From a virus (Duplodnaviria > Caudoviricetes): a stretch of 64,000 nt of DNA. The notes beneath the pieces were generated by a model. It had not been told where the DNA came from. It ran no database searches and saw only the letters and a program-made list of their open reading frames with translations. Where the stretch lies: positions 42,651 to 106,650 of the IMG/VR virus record IMGVR_UViG_3300038345_000087; one strand, written 5' to 3'. Below, piece by piece: positions 1 through 11,248 of the stretch; position 1 is the first letter of the stretch, and each line of letters opens with the position of its first letter. Both the position numbers and the translations under genes were made by a program.

Positions 1-251
1 TCTACTTATTGAATATGATTCCTAATAGCCGCCCTGCATGTTGCGATTCTATCGAAACTCTCTCATTGACCATTACTACCTCCGCACCTCCTAAACGTAT
101 TCCAGGGGGGGCACTTCTTCCTGTAAATACAACAGCCGACGGGCTGGCTTGCACTCTCAACACTCGTTACGAGGCTATGGCTCTTCCGCTCGACATCCTT
201 TCCCTGGCTCATTACCCCAAGACAGTTATTTTGATAGAGTGGTTCCTATAA
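1..251 (+). CDS. Probable 3' end of a gene starting upstream of the window
   Basis: Frame 3 is open from the window edge to the stop at 251; no recognisable motif. Confidence 0.3.
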   Translation, partial: YLLNMIPNSRPACCDSIETLSLTITTSAPPKRIPGGALLPVNTTADGLACTLNTRYEAMALPLDILSLAHYPKTVILIEWFL

Positions 252-374
252 TGACCATCAACTCTTCACAAGATGGCATCGTGGTTTCTCCTTGGGGCAT
301 TTCTCCTACACACACAGCCGGTCATGGTAATATGCCCAAGGTAATAGTAGAATACGACTTGTAAAGCCACTGTT

Positions 375-402
375 TCCGATGGATCTCCATCGGGTCTTTT
401 TT
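375..402 (+). terminator. Hairpin element copy with U-tract, probable intrinsic terminator
   Basis: tccgatgg-atct-ccatcggg then tctttttt, just after a stop at 364. Confidence 0.6.
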
Positions 403-447
403 GTCGTTTTTGTATGCAGCATGGTTTGCCCATGCTGTTTTTCATTT

Positions 448-481
448 GTTCCGTTCCCCTCCTCTTCCCTTTGTATCTTTG
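448..481 (+). promoter_or_regulatory. Putative phage late promoter (GTTCCG-N20-TATCTTTG)
   Basis: Bacteroidetes -7 box at 474-481 with GTTCCG exactly 20 nt upstream; precedes ORF 520. Confidence 0.7.
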
Positions 482-519
482 CCTTGTAAATAATGTAAAA
501 TCCTAAATAAATCAAAATT

Positions 520-1659
520 ATGCTTATCTCCTCCGTTGAAGAACTGCGTCTCTACGCTCCTGCCAATGCCATCGATCATATCGAAACACTGGCTGGTTTT
601 CTGGATAGTTCTGAACACGATTTCCTTGCTGAGAAATTGGGTCATCCTCTTCACGCTTCTCTCACGGAATACTATCAGAACCTACTCAACTCTGAAGATG
701 GCCTTGCTGATTATATCCAATCCATCACCAACGGTATAGAAATGCCTCCTTACGCACGCCTCTTGACTGTGGCACAGCGCATCGTGGCTTTTGATGCTCT
801 TGGTCGTGCTATTGACATGCAAGCCATCAGTGTGAATGGTGCTGGCATCAATATCTCCACGGCTGATGACTACGCAAAGGCTGATCGTGAAGCGGTGTCA
901 GCTTACAAAAGTACGTGCATCAAAGAGGCACATGCGGCTGTCAATCGCCTTTTGGTCCTTCTCGAAGAGTGGACGAAGGATGCGGTAGAAGATACGGATC
1001 CTGTGCCAGACGGCTCTTCTTCGGGTTCCGAGGAAGAGGAAGAACAGACCACTCCAGAACAGGAGAAATCAGAAATCGCCCGTCTTTGGCGTTCTTCTCG
1101 ATTTTTCTACCTTGCTGCTGGTCTCATTATTCCGTCGGCAATAGTCCTTCAAGACTATCTCAATATCTATGAGTCTCGTGAAAAATTCATCACTTTGCTT
1201 CCTGAACTTCGTACCATTCAGGAGGACATCATAGCACCCATTATTGGAGAGGATTTTATGGACTATCTTATCGCGTTCTCGCGTGATCCGAAACCTTCTT
1301 TAGAAGCCTCCGTGCAAGAAGGTGATTCCTCTGGTCTTTCAGAAGCAGACGTGCGCCTTCTTTCTCGCATCCTTCATCGACTTCGCAAGGCTGTAGCACG
1401 TCACTTGGAATCGCGTACCATGCAGATGAAGCTCACAGACCCGCGTCGCAATGCGGCCCATAATGAGGCGGTACAGTTGACAACGGATCTTGCAGACTAT
1501 ATCGCCGCTCATCAGAGCGACCTACCAACGGATGCCATCACTGCTTTCACCACCTCCCCATTGTATAAACCTACGGATGTGACCACGGAGGAAGAAGTAC
1601 CCTCTTTTGAGAACAATGCTCCCGATTCTGTCATTTTCGTTACTCCTGCTCTGTCCTAA
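520..1659 (+). CDS. Conserved phage protein, possible head-tail connector
   Basis: 379-aa ORF leading a structural operon; function inferred from context only. Confidence 0.5.
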   Translation: MLISSVEELRLYAPANAIDHIETLAGFLDSSEHDFLAEKLGHPLHASLTEYYQNLLNSEDGLADYIQSITNGIEMPPYARLLTVAQRIVAFDALGRAIDMQAISVNGAGINISTADDYAKADREAVSAYKSTCIKEAHAAVNRLLVLLEEWTKDAVEDTDPVPDGSSSGSEEEEEQTTPEQEKSEIARLWRSSRFFYLAAGLIIPSAIVLQDYLNIYESREKFITLLPELRTIQEDIIAPIIGEDFMDYLIAFSRDPKPSLEASVQEGDSSGLSEADVRLLSRILHRLRKAVARHLESRTMQMKLTDPRRNAAHNEAVQLTTDLADYIAAHQSDLPTDAITAFTTSPLYKPTDVTTEEEVPSFENNAPDSVIFVTPALS

Positions 1660-1672
1660 ATCATAAATCAAT

Positions 1673-4213
1673 ATGACTCAAGCCCGTCCAGCCGATTATT
1701 GGTTTTCCAATTCGGCTCTATATATCCAACTGAATGCCGCTGGCGACCCTAATTACATCCATGCCAACTGTTCGTCTGGCTCGGCTGTGTTGTGCTTTAT
1801 GCGCGGCATCAATGGTTTGGGCTATGATAACGGACACAACTATCGGCGATGGTCATTGATAGCGTCGCCGACGGTGTTCCACGATAATGCCGTTCGTTAT
1901 GTCTATATTGCCATCCCGAAAAGTGACGCAGTTGATGTGCCGGCACAAGTGGTGTTCCCTTCGGAGCTGATAGACCTATACGGCTGCAACGAAGGTGGTA
2001 CGCAAATTGGTTCAACGGATTACTTCTACATCTTCACTCAGGGCATCATTTCTCCTTCAGAAGTGAATGGTGTTCGCCAAAACCGCACATGGCAGCAGAA
2101 TGTGGATTGTGGCCAGTTGGCATCGGATGAAGCGATGGCGAATGGAGGCTCTGATTCATGGTGGGAATGGAACAGTGTCACGGACATGGTGAAGTTCCTG
2201 AAGGTGATTTCAGAGGCGACTTTCGATAAACTGACAGCTGCTTGGGCTTCCATCCGGCAACTTGTGTTGAACGGACACATTATCAATGGTGTTGCAGACC
2301 CAGAGACGGCTCAGGATGCCAACGCAGATGACAAGGTGGTGACTCCGGCATACGCTCAGACACAGTACCTATCTCGTACACATGATGACGCTGCGGCTGG
2401 TGATATCACCTTCAACAACTCCATCATGGTCAAAGGTGAGACCATACTGAAGCGTGCTGTCACAATCGGAGAATATGAGAAGGACATCCAAGTAGGTATA
2501 GGTTCACGCACGGGCGCAAAAATTCTTCCAGATGGTACAATCATCGCCCGTAATCTCGAATTATCCGAAAGCCTCCAAGTGCCGACTATCAAATACAACT
2601 CCATTGAGGTGTTGGCTGGCACACGATGGGATTCTGCCGGTAAGGGACGCATCAAGGAGATTATAGCAGTCGATGACAATGCTCATACATGTCAGTTTGT
2701 GCTCGATCTCAACGATGGTGAACCTGGTGAGTTTATTGTCAATGACATCCTTCGTGGCTTCTGGCATAACATGGACGGAACGAAGAATGCACAGAGTAAT
2801 TCTGATGACCGCCGTGGAAATATCACACGTGCGGGGTTCCAGTCCATCTATTGCCGTGTCATCGCCGTGGCGAATGTTGTTGAACGTACCACCGCTGACG
2901 CGACTATCTATATTGCCCAGGACAATCAGTACCTCGCTCAGGAGGGAGATAAGATATTGGCGAATGGACTTGTGACTGTGCAGATGCGTCAGTACAATAA
3001 TGGTTCCGATCCTGCAACGTGGTCGCCAACTCCTGAACAGTGGGCTGTCCTGTCTGTTTCCGGCTTCTTTGGCATCGACCATCCAGAACGTCAGAAGTTC
3101 TTTATCTACACCACGTCGTATATGGCTCGATTTGAGGGTGTCAACACGTGGGAATGGGAGGAACACTGCTTCATGGGAGGTTGGGGCGACTTGACTGGTT
3201 TTGCCATGATTCAGGAGGACGAACATGGTAATATCTCACGCAAGGAGTTTAATGGTGAAGGCTTCGTAACCAAGGATGCACATATATATGGTATTCTGGA
3301 ACAGTTCACCCGTTTCTCTGATCGCATCAACATACTTCTTTCCCGTCCAGATGGAACAATAGCGGATGGAGAGAATATGCGTGCTGACTTTGTTCTCGCA
3401 GACGTGGAGGGCAATATCATTTCGTCGGGCTACCGTCTTGACATCACCCGACAATCTGGTAATGCTCAGGCTGATGCTGCATGGAATACGGCGATGGCCA
3501 CTCGATATCCTGATGGCATACCATCGGCTCTGTATTTCCAGTTCTCCGACGTTCCCGAAAATGGTGCGGTTTATATTGTGGCGGCTTCTCGTCAGGTGCC
3601 AGATGGTACTTCTTATACAACCTATACGACATCGGCATCCTTTGTTCTTTCACGTGCCTACGCTCAGGAGGTTTTCATGGGTGAATGGAGTCCTTTGACC
3701 ACCTATACACGCAATGCTCGTACATATCCGACTGTGACCTATGGAGGTTGTAAGTGGTGGCTCGCTGTTTCAACATCCACAAACGACGAACCGCATCCGC
3801 TTTCTACGAAGTGGAAGATGGTTTATGGCATTAACGACCTCGAAATTCGCTTCTATAATGAGGCGGGCAATCGGATCACCTCTGCTGCTGCCTATCCTGG
3901 CTCTGTCAACATCTATCTGGAACCACGCCTTTTGTGTGGCCTCTATGACATCACGGAATATCTGACGGACTCCGATTGGTCGTGGGATCGTTATACGGGC
4001 AACTATGGCGAACAGACGGACACAAGAACTCCAGCTGATAAGCAGTCAGACCAGGGATGGCGCAATGCTCATTGGCCGTCACAACCAACCACACGCATTC
4101 TCCGTATCACCAACACTGACATGCCTCCTACATGGGGGTCTGGTGTAATGGTAAACTTCATCATAACTTGTAATTATGATGGTCTGATTATTTCTAATTC
4201 TGTCACCTTCTAA
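1673..4213 (+). CDS. Tail/baseplate structural protein
   Basis: 846 aa, beta-rich; YLSRTHDDAAAGDITF resembles a motif in Bacteroidales phage tail proteins; adjacent to tape measure. Confidence 0.6.
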   Translation: MTQARPADYWFSNSALYIQLNAAGDPNYIHANCSSGSAVLCFMRGINGLGYDNGHNYRRWSLIASPTVFHDNAVRYVYIAIPKSDAVDVPAQVVFPSELIDLYGCNEGGTQIGSTDYFYIFTQGIISPSEVNGVRQNRTWQQNVDCGQLASDEAMANGGSDSWWEWNSVTDMVKFLKVISEATFDKLTAAWASIRQLVLNGHIINGVADPETAQDANADDKVVTPAYAQTQYLSRTHDDAAAGDITFNNSIMVKGETILKRAVTIGEYEKDIQVGIGSRTGAKILPDGTIIARNLELSESLQVPTIKYNSIEVLAGTRWDSAGKGRIKEIIAVDDNAHTCQFVLDLNDGEPGEFIVNDILRGFWHNMDGTKNAQSNSDDRRGNITRAGFQSIYCRVIAVANVVERTTADATIYIAQDNQYLAQEGDKILANGLVTVQMRQYNNGSDPATWSPTPEQWAVLSVSGFFGIDHPERQKFFIYTTSYMARFEGVNTWEWEEHCFMGGWGDLTGFAMIQEDEHGNISRKEFNGEGFVTKDAHIYGILEQFTRFSDRINILLSRPDGTIADGENMRADFVLADVEGNIISSGYRLDITRQSGNAQADAAWNTAMATRYPDGIPSALYFQFSDVPENGAVYIVAASRQVPDGTSYTTYTTSASFVLSRAYAQEVFMGEWSPLTTYTRNARTYPTVTYGGCKWWLAVSTSTNDEPHPLSTKWKMVYGINDLEIRFYNEAGNRITSAAAYPGSVNIYLEPRLLCGLYDITEYLTDSDWSWDRYTGNYGEQTDTRTPADKQSDQGWRNAHWPSQPTTRILRITNTDMPPTWGSGVMVNFIITCNYDGLIISNSVTF

Positions 4214-4225
4214 CATCCCGATAAT

Positions 4226-7200
4226 ATGGATAAAAAGACCGAAGTTGTCATCACATGTAATTCCAAGCAACCTGTCGCCGCTGTGCGTGCGATGGAAACG
4301 GAATTGAAAAAACTGCAAGGCACTTACCAGCAGCTCGTACAGGCTGGCAAGGCTGGAACAGAACGTGCTAAGACGATGGCGCACGAGATCAAGGAACTCT
4401 CTATTGCTATCAAAGAGGGAAAGGCGAACATGGATAAAATCGTGTCCGTTACGAATAACCTTTCCCAATCTTCACTCTCTCAGTTGCAGCGTGCCCTTCG
4501 TCAGGTGAAGAAGGAAATGTCGCGTGTAAGTACGGATAGCCCGAAACTGGATGATTTGCGTATGAAGTATAAGGCTATCACGGACCAGATTAAGATTCTG
4601 AGTGGTGAAATGCTGAATATAAAGAAGCATATTGGCAACCTCTCTGGAGTGACGGATTCTTGGCTTCAGAAAGCCGTCCAGCAACAGAAAGCCCTGGTGC
4701 AACAGACACGTCAGGGAACATCTGAGTATAACAAGCAGATGAGCGTGCTGTCTCAGCTCTCGACTGAACAGGCACGTCGCGCTGTATCTACCATATCATC
4801 GGGTACTGCCAGTGCAGAACAACTACGTTCTGCCCGTGCTGCCCTCGTTTCTCATCGTGATATGATAGGCTCTGGTGGTATTCAAGTACAGGGCAATCAG
4901 GCAACGGAAATAGCTAAAATCAATGAGGAACTGAAGAAGGCTGATGCACAACTTGATACGATTGCTGGCAAGGAACAGAAATTGGTGTATTCAACACAGG
5001 AAATTGCAGATAAGGCGAATCAGATTATCATGGATCCCAAAAAGTTCACACCAAAGGAGATTGAAACGGCTCTGACTAATGTGAACAATAAATTGAAGGA
5101 AATTCCACTCAATGACCCGTTCCGAAAGCAGCTAAAACAGTCTGCAACACAGTTGAAGGCCATCCTCGATGGCGTGGATAAGGAACTTATCGACATCAAA
5201 AACTTGCTCCAACCGCAAAACCTCAAGAAAGCCTCTCTTGAACAGTTGAAGAATGCGGCTACTCAGTTGGAGAAGGAAATGGCGAAACTCAACCGTGATA
5301 CACAAGAGTATATCAATAAGAAAAGCCAACTGGCTACCATTCGCGGGGAGATAGATAAGGCTACGGGTTCTGTGCATAAACAATCGTCAGCATGGCAGAC
5401 TACACTTCGCAATATGTCGGCATACTTTGGTGCCTTCCAACTGTTCTCTATGGCTATCCAGAAGGTTCAGGCGTTTTTCCGTCTTAACCTCAAATTCTCG
5501 GATCAGTTGGCCGACATTCGTAAGGTGTCCGGCCTCGCTATGCAGGACATCAATAACCTTGCTAATTCTCTTGCAAAACTTGATACTCGCACTACCATTC
5601 AGGAACTTAACGAGATTGCTTATGCGGGTGCCAAATTGGGTATGGGTAAGTATGGCACCGCCGGATTGGAGCAATTCGTTCGTGCGGCTAACCAGGTGAA
5701 TGTGGCACTGAAAGAGGACTTGGGACAGGATGCACTCACGGCTCTCTCTAAGATTACGGAGGTCATGGGACTTATCCCGAAGATGGGCGTGGAGAAATCC
5801 ATGCTGGCTGTAGGTTCTGCCATGTTCCAGTTGTCTGCCACATCTACGGCGACATCGAACAATATCGTAGAGTTCTCAAAACGTCTCACGGGTATGGCTC
5901 GTACAGCCGGTATCACCACGGATCAGCTGCTTGCACTTGGTTCTGCTTCTGATGCTATGTACCTCATGCCCGAAGTCGCCAGTACTGCATTTAATAAACT
6001 TATCACCTCTCTTCAGACGAAGCACAACCTCATTGAACAAGAACTTCAGATTGAACCTGGTACCATCAACAACCTCTATTCTGCTGGCAAGACAATGGAT
6101 GCCATCGTTCTCATCCTCGAAAAGATGAAGGCGAAGGGTAACATGAATGCCCTGCAAGGTGTGTTCAAAGACCTCGGTTCTGAAGGTGCTCGTCTCGTCA
6201 ATGTCATGGTGACGATGAGCAAGAATGTAGATATGCTCAAAGATCACCTCGCTACATCTGAGGAAGCATTCTCAGAGGCGACGGCTGTCACTCAAGAGTA
6301 TGCTATACAGCAAGAAACGGCTAATGCTCTGATGGAGCGTGCTTCAAATATATGGGAAAAATCTTTTATCAATCCGAAGGGCGTAGATAATGTAAAGGAG
6401 TTAGCGCAACAATGGTATAACTTAACAAGGACTCTGACAGAATCTACATTTTTTATGGCACAGGCTAAGGCTGCTATTTGGCTTCTTATTAGTAGCATTA
6501 AAATTTTGATAGCATTACTTCCTGTGTTGATAGAGTTTTTCTTGTTTAGAGGAGCTTATGCTGCTATTATGGCCGTGGTTCGTGGTTTTGTCGCTCTTCG
6601 TACAGCAATTCAGGCGGCTACTGTGGCACAACATGGTTTGAATGCTGCTCAGAAGGCAAATCTATTTGGATTGATAGCGACCCTTATTGCTGCTGCTGTT
6701 AGTTGGTTTATCACGTATCGCGAAAAAGCAGAGGATGCAGCCGAAGCACAGCAAACCGTAAATCATGCTCTTGCTGATGCTCAAGCAGAGTATATGAAAA
6801 CTAAAAAGAAACTTGACGATTATGTTAAGGCTCTTGATGATGCTAATATATCTGAGGACACCCGTCAGAGATTGCTTCGTTCCTTTAATAAGGATTATAG
6901 GATTTATCTGGATAAGTTGGGTATAGAAGTCAATAGCGTAAATGATTTGAAAACGGCTTATGCCAAGTTGAATGATGAGATAAAGAAAAAGGCGTATTAC
7001 GAACTGCGTGAAAGAACGCTCCAATCATACGTTGGTGATGCACAGACGGAACAGGCTAACGCCATGATAGAGTTCCAGAAGGTGATGAAAAAGTATGGAC
7101 TGGATGTTAATGCTGATTATGTGGTGAACAATCAGCATTTGGGTATGGTTGGAGCCACGCGGAAACTTTTAGAAGAACATGCTGGCGCAAAGTTCGTTGG

Positions 7201-9952
7201 TAGGTATAGTAATGGTACGGGTTATAAAGATAATGTTATCTATAGAAATGGCAATTATGCTCAGATAGCTAAAAGTTCGCCTTGGGTGGTTAATACTCCG
7301 TGGATGGATGAGGTGGAAGAGATTTCAACAGCAGTTAATAATATAATAGCTGCTTATCGCGATGTTCGCAGTAAAGAAAAAGAGGTACATGACGCATTTG
7401 ATGGTTTGGTGGGTGATTGGGATGCAGATTTCAGATCTTTAACTGGTGATGAACCGCCTGGATCACTTGATAACAACGCCCCTGACAAAGACGCTCTTCG
7501 TCGTGCCAAAGAAGAAGCTGCTCGCCAGAAGAAACAATGGCGTGATGATCTCAAAGAGGCTCAGGACCGCGCACGCGCCATCATTGATAACATCAAGAAT
7601 TTCTACCAGCGTCAGATTAACGAGGTACTTCGTACTGCCAACGAACAGAATTGGGACACCTCACTCACGGATGCTGCCGTCCGTGCCGTGGAAGGTCGCA
7701 TGAACCTCGCCCTCTCCAATGCTCGCAAGGCGATTGCCGGTGTGCAAAACGATTGGGGCACATTCAAGACGGAAATGGCCGCTGATATGCGGGAAATGGC
7801 GGATGAAACGGGTTATAATGAGTCTCAGCTGTTGTTGAACAGCATTCAAGAGGCTGATCCAGATGCCATCCGTAACCTGATTATGCAACTGTCCTCTAAC
7901 CTCGAATTGCCTCAGAATGCAGCCATCGATGCCATCTGGAAGAATGCTTCGCACAATGAGACGAACATCGAGACAGCTGAACAGAAACGACGCAGGGAGG
8001 TACAGAAGCGACTCCTGGATGACAACTTCACTGGTAAGGTGGATAACGAATACACTAATTCGATGGAAACTCTCGGTTTCTTCGACCTCTCTTCCGAACA
8101 GGCTAACACGTTGCTTGCGGGAGGGGAGGATGCTGAAGCCTTGCTCCAACGTCGTGCTCAGGAAATAGGACAAGTGTTGCAACGTGCCCGTGAGACGAAC
8201 TTGTTTGCAATCCAAGATAAATACGGATTGATGGAGGCTTTGTTTGGTAAGGATTGGCAGTCACAACCGACCGAATTGGCACATGTGCTTGAACTGACTG
8301 GCGATGACCTTCAAGTGTTCTATCGCGAACTGATTAAATACTCTGACTCTTATACTGAAGCCCTCAAACGCTCCCGTGAACGCCAGAAGAAAATCCTTGA
8401 TGAGCAATGGATGAAAACTACCACATTCCATGCTAATGAGGATGCTCAGAAACAGACACAAATGCTTGCTTCTGGTGTGGGACAGTTTTCGGCGAATGTG
8501 CAACAGCAACAGGAGGCGGGCGAAAGCGTACCGCGTAAGGACACCTATGGCACGGCATCGTTTATCTCTTCGATGGGACATGACCCAGAGATAGATTCTT
8601 ACCGTTTGAAGATGGAGGCTGCTGCTGCTTATTATGACTTCCTCAAAGCGCATCAAGCGGATGCTGAAACACTCCGTGACGCAGAACAGGCAATCCTTCA
8701 GTCAGAAATGGAGTATGCTAAATCGGTGGCAGAACAGATGAAGCAGCGCATCAATGACATCTACGAACTTGCTGCTCCTATCGAGGACTTTGGTACAGAG
8801 GTGGGCGAAGCGTTCGCTACGATGACCGAGGATGCAGAAGAGGGACGTAAGGCCATGAAGAAGGCCATCGGCTCCATGATTAAAGCCTTTATGAAGCAGA
8901 CCGTGGAAATGTCAAAGGAGTACATCAAGCGTCGCATGATGCAGAAGATGAACGACAAACTGACATCCAAGGCCATGAAGAAGTCTATCAAACTGGAGAC
9001 TGGACTCGAACAGGATAAGCAAGATGCCGTTCTGGATGTGGCAAAGCAAGGCGGACAAGCTCGTACCTTCCTGAATGAAGAGGTGGAGGGCGATGTACTT
9101 CAGGCAAAGAAGGAAATCGGCAACGAGACTTTGATCACGCAACAGACACAGACGCAACAGGAGGTGCAGACCGAATCATCCAAGACTCAGGCGAACACCA
9201 CAATGGGTATTGCCAGTGGTGCGTCTAAGATCATCGGCTCGCTTGGTTGGTGGGGCATTCCGCTTATCGCCGTTATCACTGCCTTGCTGAATGGCCTCCT
9301 GTCTTTTGCCATGAGCAAGGTGTCCTCGCTTTTTGGTGGAGGCAAGGAGGCTGGTGGCGATGAAGGTCCTAACGTCAAACTGGCTTCTGGTATGTTGACA
9401 TACGACTCTGGTAACGTCCAAGCCTACGCGGGTGTTATCGATGGCAAGACTTACCCCGTTGTGGGTTCCGACGGCAAGGTGTATGCAGCAAAGGATGGCG
9501 GCGAACTTTCTACGGGCCTTGTGAAAGACCCCATCACAACGCTCATCAATGGTCAACCGGCTCTCGTAGCAGAAAAAGGCCCTGAAATGGTGATCGGTAG
9601 AGAAACAACAGCCGCAATGATGATGGCTCGGCCTGATATTATCGCTGAGATAGTGAAGTTCGATAAGAACCGCTCTGGCCAAACGTACCGTGCTTACGAT
9701 GCTGGTAATATCGCGGAACTGATAGCCAATGGTACTGTGCCAAACGGTTTACCCGTTGGGGAAAATGGCCTCACTCCCGAAGATATTGCCTCTCTCCGTT
9801 CTTCTCTGGATGGCTTTGCCGCTGTCATGGCTCTTATACAGAAGAATGGCTTGCACGTCAACAAGTTTGGTCGCGGGTCTGTCACAGAGGCTTCCGCATC
9901 CGGCGCAAAATTCATGCGTCAGAACTCCGGCGATCGTCTTTGGCGTGGGTAA
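4226..9952 (+). CDS. Tail tape measure protein
   Basis: 1908 aa, helical and Ala/Lys/Gln-rich; TP901-type core (FSDQLADIRKVSGL...NIVEFSKRL); hydrophobic segments. Confidence 0.9.
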   Translation: MDKKTEVVITCNSKQPVAAVRAMETELKKLQGTYQQLVQAGKAGTERAKTMAHEIKELSIAIKEGKANMDKIVSVTNNLSQSSLSQLQRALRQVKKEMSRVSTDSPKLDDLRMKYKAITDQIKILSGEMLNIKKHIGNLSGVTDSWLQKAVQQQKALVQQTRQGTSEYNKQMSVLSQLSTEQARRAVSTISSGTASAEQLRSARAALVSHRDMIGSGGIQVQGNQATEIAKINEELKKADAQLDTIAGKEQKLVYSTQEIADKANQIIMDPKKFTPKEIETALTNVNNKLKEIPLNDPFRKQLKQSATQLKAILDGVDKELIDIKNLLQPQNLKKASLEQLKNAATQLEKEMAKLNRDTQEYINKKSQLATIRGEIDKATGSVHKQSSAWQTTLRNMSAYFGAFQLFSMAIQKVQAFFRLNLKFSDQLADIRKVSGLAMQDINNLANSLAKLDTRTTIQELNEIAYAGAKLGMGKYGTAGLEQFVRAANQVNVALKEDLGQDALTALSKITEVMGLIPKMGVEKSMLAVGSAMFQLSATSTATSNNIVEFSKRLTGMARTAGITTDQLLALGSASDAMYLMPEVASTAFNKLITSLQTKHNLIEQELQIEPGTINNLYSAGKTMDAIVLILEKMKAKGNMNALQGVFKDLGSEGARLVNVMVTMSKNVDMLKDHLATSEEAFSEATAVTQEYAIQQETANALMERASNIWEKSFINPKGVDNVKELAQQWYNLTRTLTESTFFMAQAKAAIWLLISSIKILIALLPVLIEFFLFRGAYAAIMAVVRGFVALRTAIQAATVAQHGLNAAQKANLFGLIATLIAAAVSWFITYREKAEDAAEAQQTVNHALADAQAEYMKTKKKLDDYVKALDDANISEDTRQRLLRSFNKDYRIYLDKLGIEVNSVNDLKTAYAKLNDEIKKKAYYELRERTLQSYVGDAQTEQANAMIEFQKVMKKYGLDVNADYVVNNQHLGMVGATRKLLEEHAGAKFVGRYSNGTGYKDNVIYRNGNYAQIAKSSPWVVNTPWMDEVEEISTAVNNIIAAYRDVRSKEKEVHDAFDGLVGDWDADFRSLTGDEPPGSLDNNAPDKDALRRAKEEAARQKKQWRDDLKEAQDRARAIIDNIKNFYQRQINEVLRTANEQNWDTSLTDAAVRAVEGRMNLALSNARKAIAGVQNDWGTFKTEMAADMREMADETGYNESQLLLNSIQEADPDAIRNLIMQLSSNLELPQNAAIDAIWKNASHNETNIETAEQKRRREVQKRLLDDNFTGKVDNEYTNSMETLGFFDLSSEQANTLLAGGEDAEALLQRRAQEIGQVLQRARETNLFAIQDKYGLMEALFGKDWQSQPTELAHVLELTGDDLQVFYRELIKYSDSYTEALKRSRERQKKILDEQWMKTTTFHANEDAQKQTQMLASGVGQFSANVQQQQEAGESVPRKDTYGTASFISSMGHDPEIDSYRLKMEAAAAYYDFLKAHQADAETLRDAEQAILQSEMEYAKSVAEQMKQRINDIYELAAPIEDFGTEVGEAFATMTEDAEEGRKAMKKAIGSMIKAFMKQTVEMSKEYIKRRMMQKMNDKLTSKAMKKSIKLETGLEQDKQDAVLDVAKQGGQARTFLNEEVEGDVLQAKKEIGNETLITQQTQTQQEVQTESSKTQANTTMGIASGASKIIGSLGWWGIPLIAVITALLNGLLSFAMSKVSSLFGGGKEAGGDEGPNVKLASGMLTYDSGNVQAYAGVIDGKTYPVVGSDGKVYAAKDGGELSTGLVKDPITTLINGQPALVAEKGPEMVIGRETTAAMMMARPDIIAEIVKFDKNRSGQTYRAYDAGNIAELIANGTVPNGLPVGENGLTPEDIASLRSSLDGFAAVMALIQKNGLHVNKFGRGSVTEASASGAKFMRQNSGDRLWRG

Positions 9953-10036
9953 TTCGCAAGGAGTCGCCAAAGGCTCCCACATTGGGTTCTTTTCAATAAA
10001 AGTTCGGTATGGTTTTCCCATACCGTTCTTTTTTTT

Positions 10037-10070
10037 GTTCCGTTTACTTCCCCTGTTTCCCCTATCTTTG
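10037..10070 (+). promoter_or_regulatory. Putative phage late promoter
   Basis: GTTCCG-N20-TATCTTTG upstream of the 10093-ACP-KS genes. Confidence 0.7.
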
Positions 10071-10092
10071 CTTTTGAAATTTGAAATCTATT

Positions 10093-11220
10093 ATGGCCGT
10101 ACATATCAATCTTCACCTTCCGACTTCCTATAACCGCTGTTCTCTACCAGAACTGCGTGCTATCGCTGCTGTTATGAGTGACTGTGCCCTTCGTGCTTCC
10201 CGTTTCCATCCGTTTGACATGATGGAAGTGAAGGTGGCCGTGTTTCTCAGACTGACAAACCTCGAAATAGTAGAACCGCTTAATCCACGTGTTCCTGTTG
10301 AGGAACAGTACTACGTTGTGCGCACGCTTCCCTATACTGTCAATGATGAAGAAAGAAGGTGGTTCCGTGTGTTTCGATGGCATCGCAACTTAAAAGCGTG
10401 GTGCCGTCGCCATATCCTCGGACATGATGATTCCTTTTCGCTGTATCTCTGGCAAATACACTCCTGGTTATCTTCATCTAAGAGTCGTGTGACGGGAAAG
10501 GTTACGCCTGGCCTTTTGGACTGGCTGGATGCCGACAACCCAGATTCGTTACTTATATTCCCGTTATCTTCCATTCGTCGAAGTCACCGTGCCAGATGGT
10601 TTCCCTTCGGGTCTAAAGTTACTTTCGCTGGCCCCGCACCCCTGATGGATGGATTTAGTTGGCAACGCTATCGCTTTGCTCAGGACTATATGCAGAATTA
10701 TATCAACGCATCCAATCGCCTTCTCCAGTTGCAAAAGATGGGTAATCGCGCTTCTGCTGCCGACATCCTCCGCGCCTCCAAGAATCTTGACCTCGCAAAG
10801 GCTTTGTTCCTGGCTACCATTTTTTGTCGTCGCATCACTTATGTGGATGAAGAAACGGGGCGTACTAAGACGGATTATCGCTACCAATCTAACCAACATA
10901 TAGACAATGCGCCATATTTCCGAAACTTCCCTGATACGGACTGGCAACTGGTCTTGTTGTGGTGGCAGGGTATGATGCACTACTTACAAAAGACGTACCC
11001 TAAAGTTTTTAAGAAACAAAAGGTATCGAAGGATCAGAAGGCGGCTAATCCGCTTGAACTCTATACTCGCACAACGGCCACAATGGAGAAATACATATCT
11101 GCCACGGCTTCTGAGGTGGATCACGAACCTTATACGACAATTCTTCAACATATCGAAGATATCATCAAGAATAACGAGGAAATGGAACGCATCAATGCTT
11201 CCATGAAACGTAAATCATAA
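10093..11220 (+). CDS. Hypothetical phage protein
   Basis: Long ORF; ATG at 10093 preferred over TTG at 10081 given the promoter position. Confidence 0.6.
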   Translation: MAVHINLHLPTSYNRCSLPELRAIAAVMSDCALRASRFHPFDMMEVKVAVFLRLTNLEIVEPLNPRVPVEEQYYVVRTLPYTVNDEERRWFRVFRWHRNLKAWCRRHILGHDDSFSLYLWQIHSWLSSSKSRVTGKVTPGLLDWLDADNPDSLLIFPLSSIRRSHRARWFPFGSKVTFAGPAPLMDGFSWQRYRFAQDYMQNYINASNRLLQLQKMGNRASAADILRASKNLDLAKALFLATIFCRRITYVDEETGRTKTDYRYQSNQHIDNAPYFRNFPDTDWQLVLLWWQGMMHYLQKTYPKVFKKQKVSKDQKAANPLELYTRTTATMEKYISATASEVDHEPYTTILQHIEDIIKNNEEMERINASMKRKS

Positions 11221-11248
11221 ATTCATCAAATCATCAATTCATTAAATT

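Noticed and set aside
3596-3620. VPDG-encoding sites at 3596 and 44409 as hairpin copies
   Set aside because: Left arm is similar but there is no complementary right arm.
6185-6195. Third VR in the tape measure gene (ggtgctcgtct)
   Set aside because: Only 11 nt match the TR 3' end; upstream sequence does not align.
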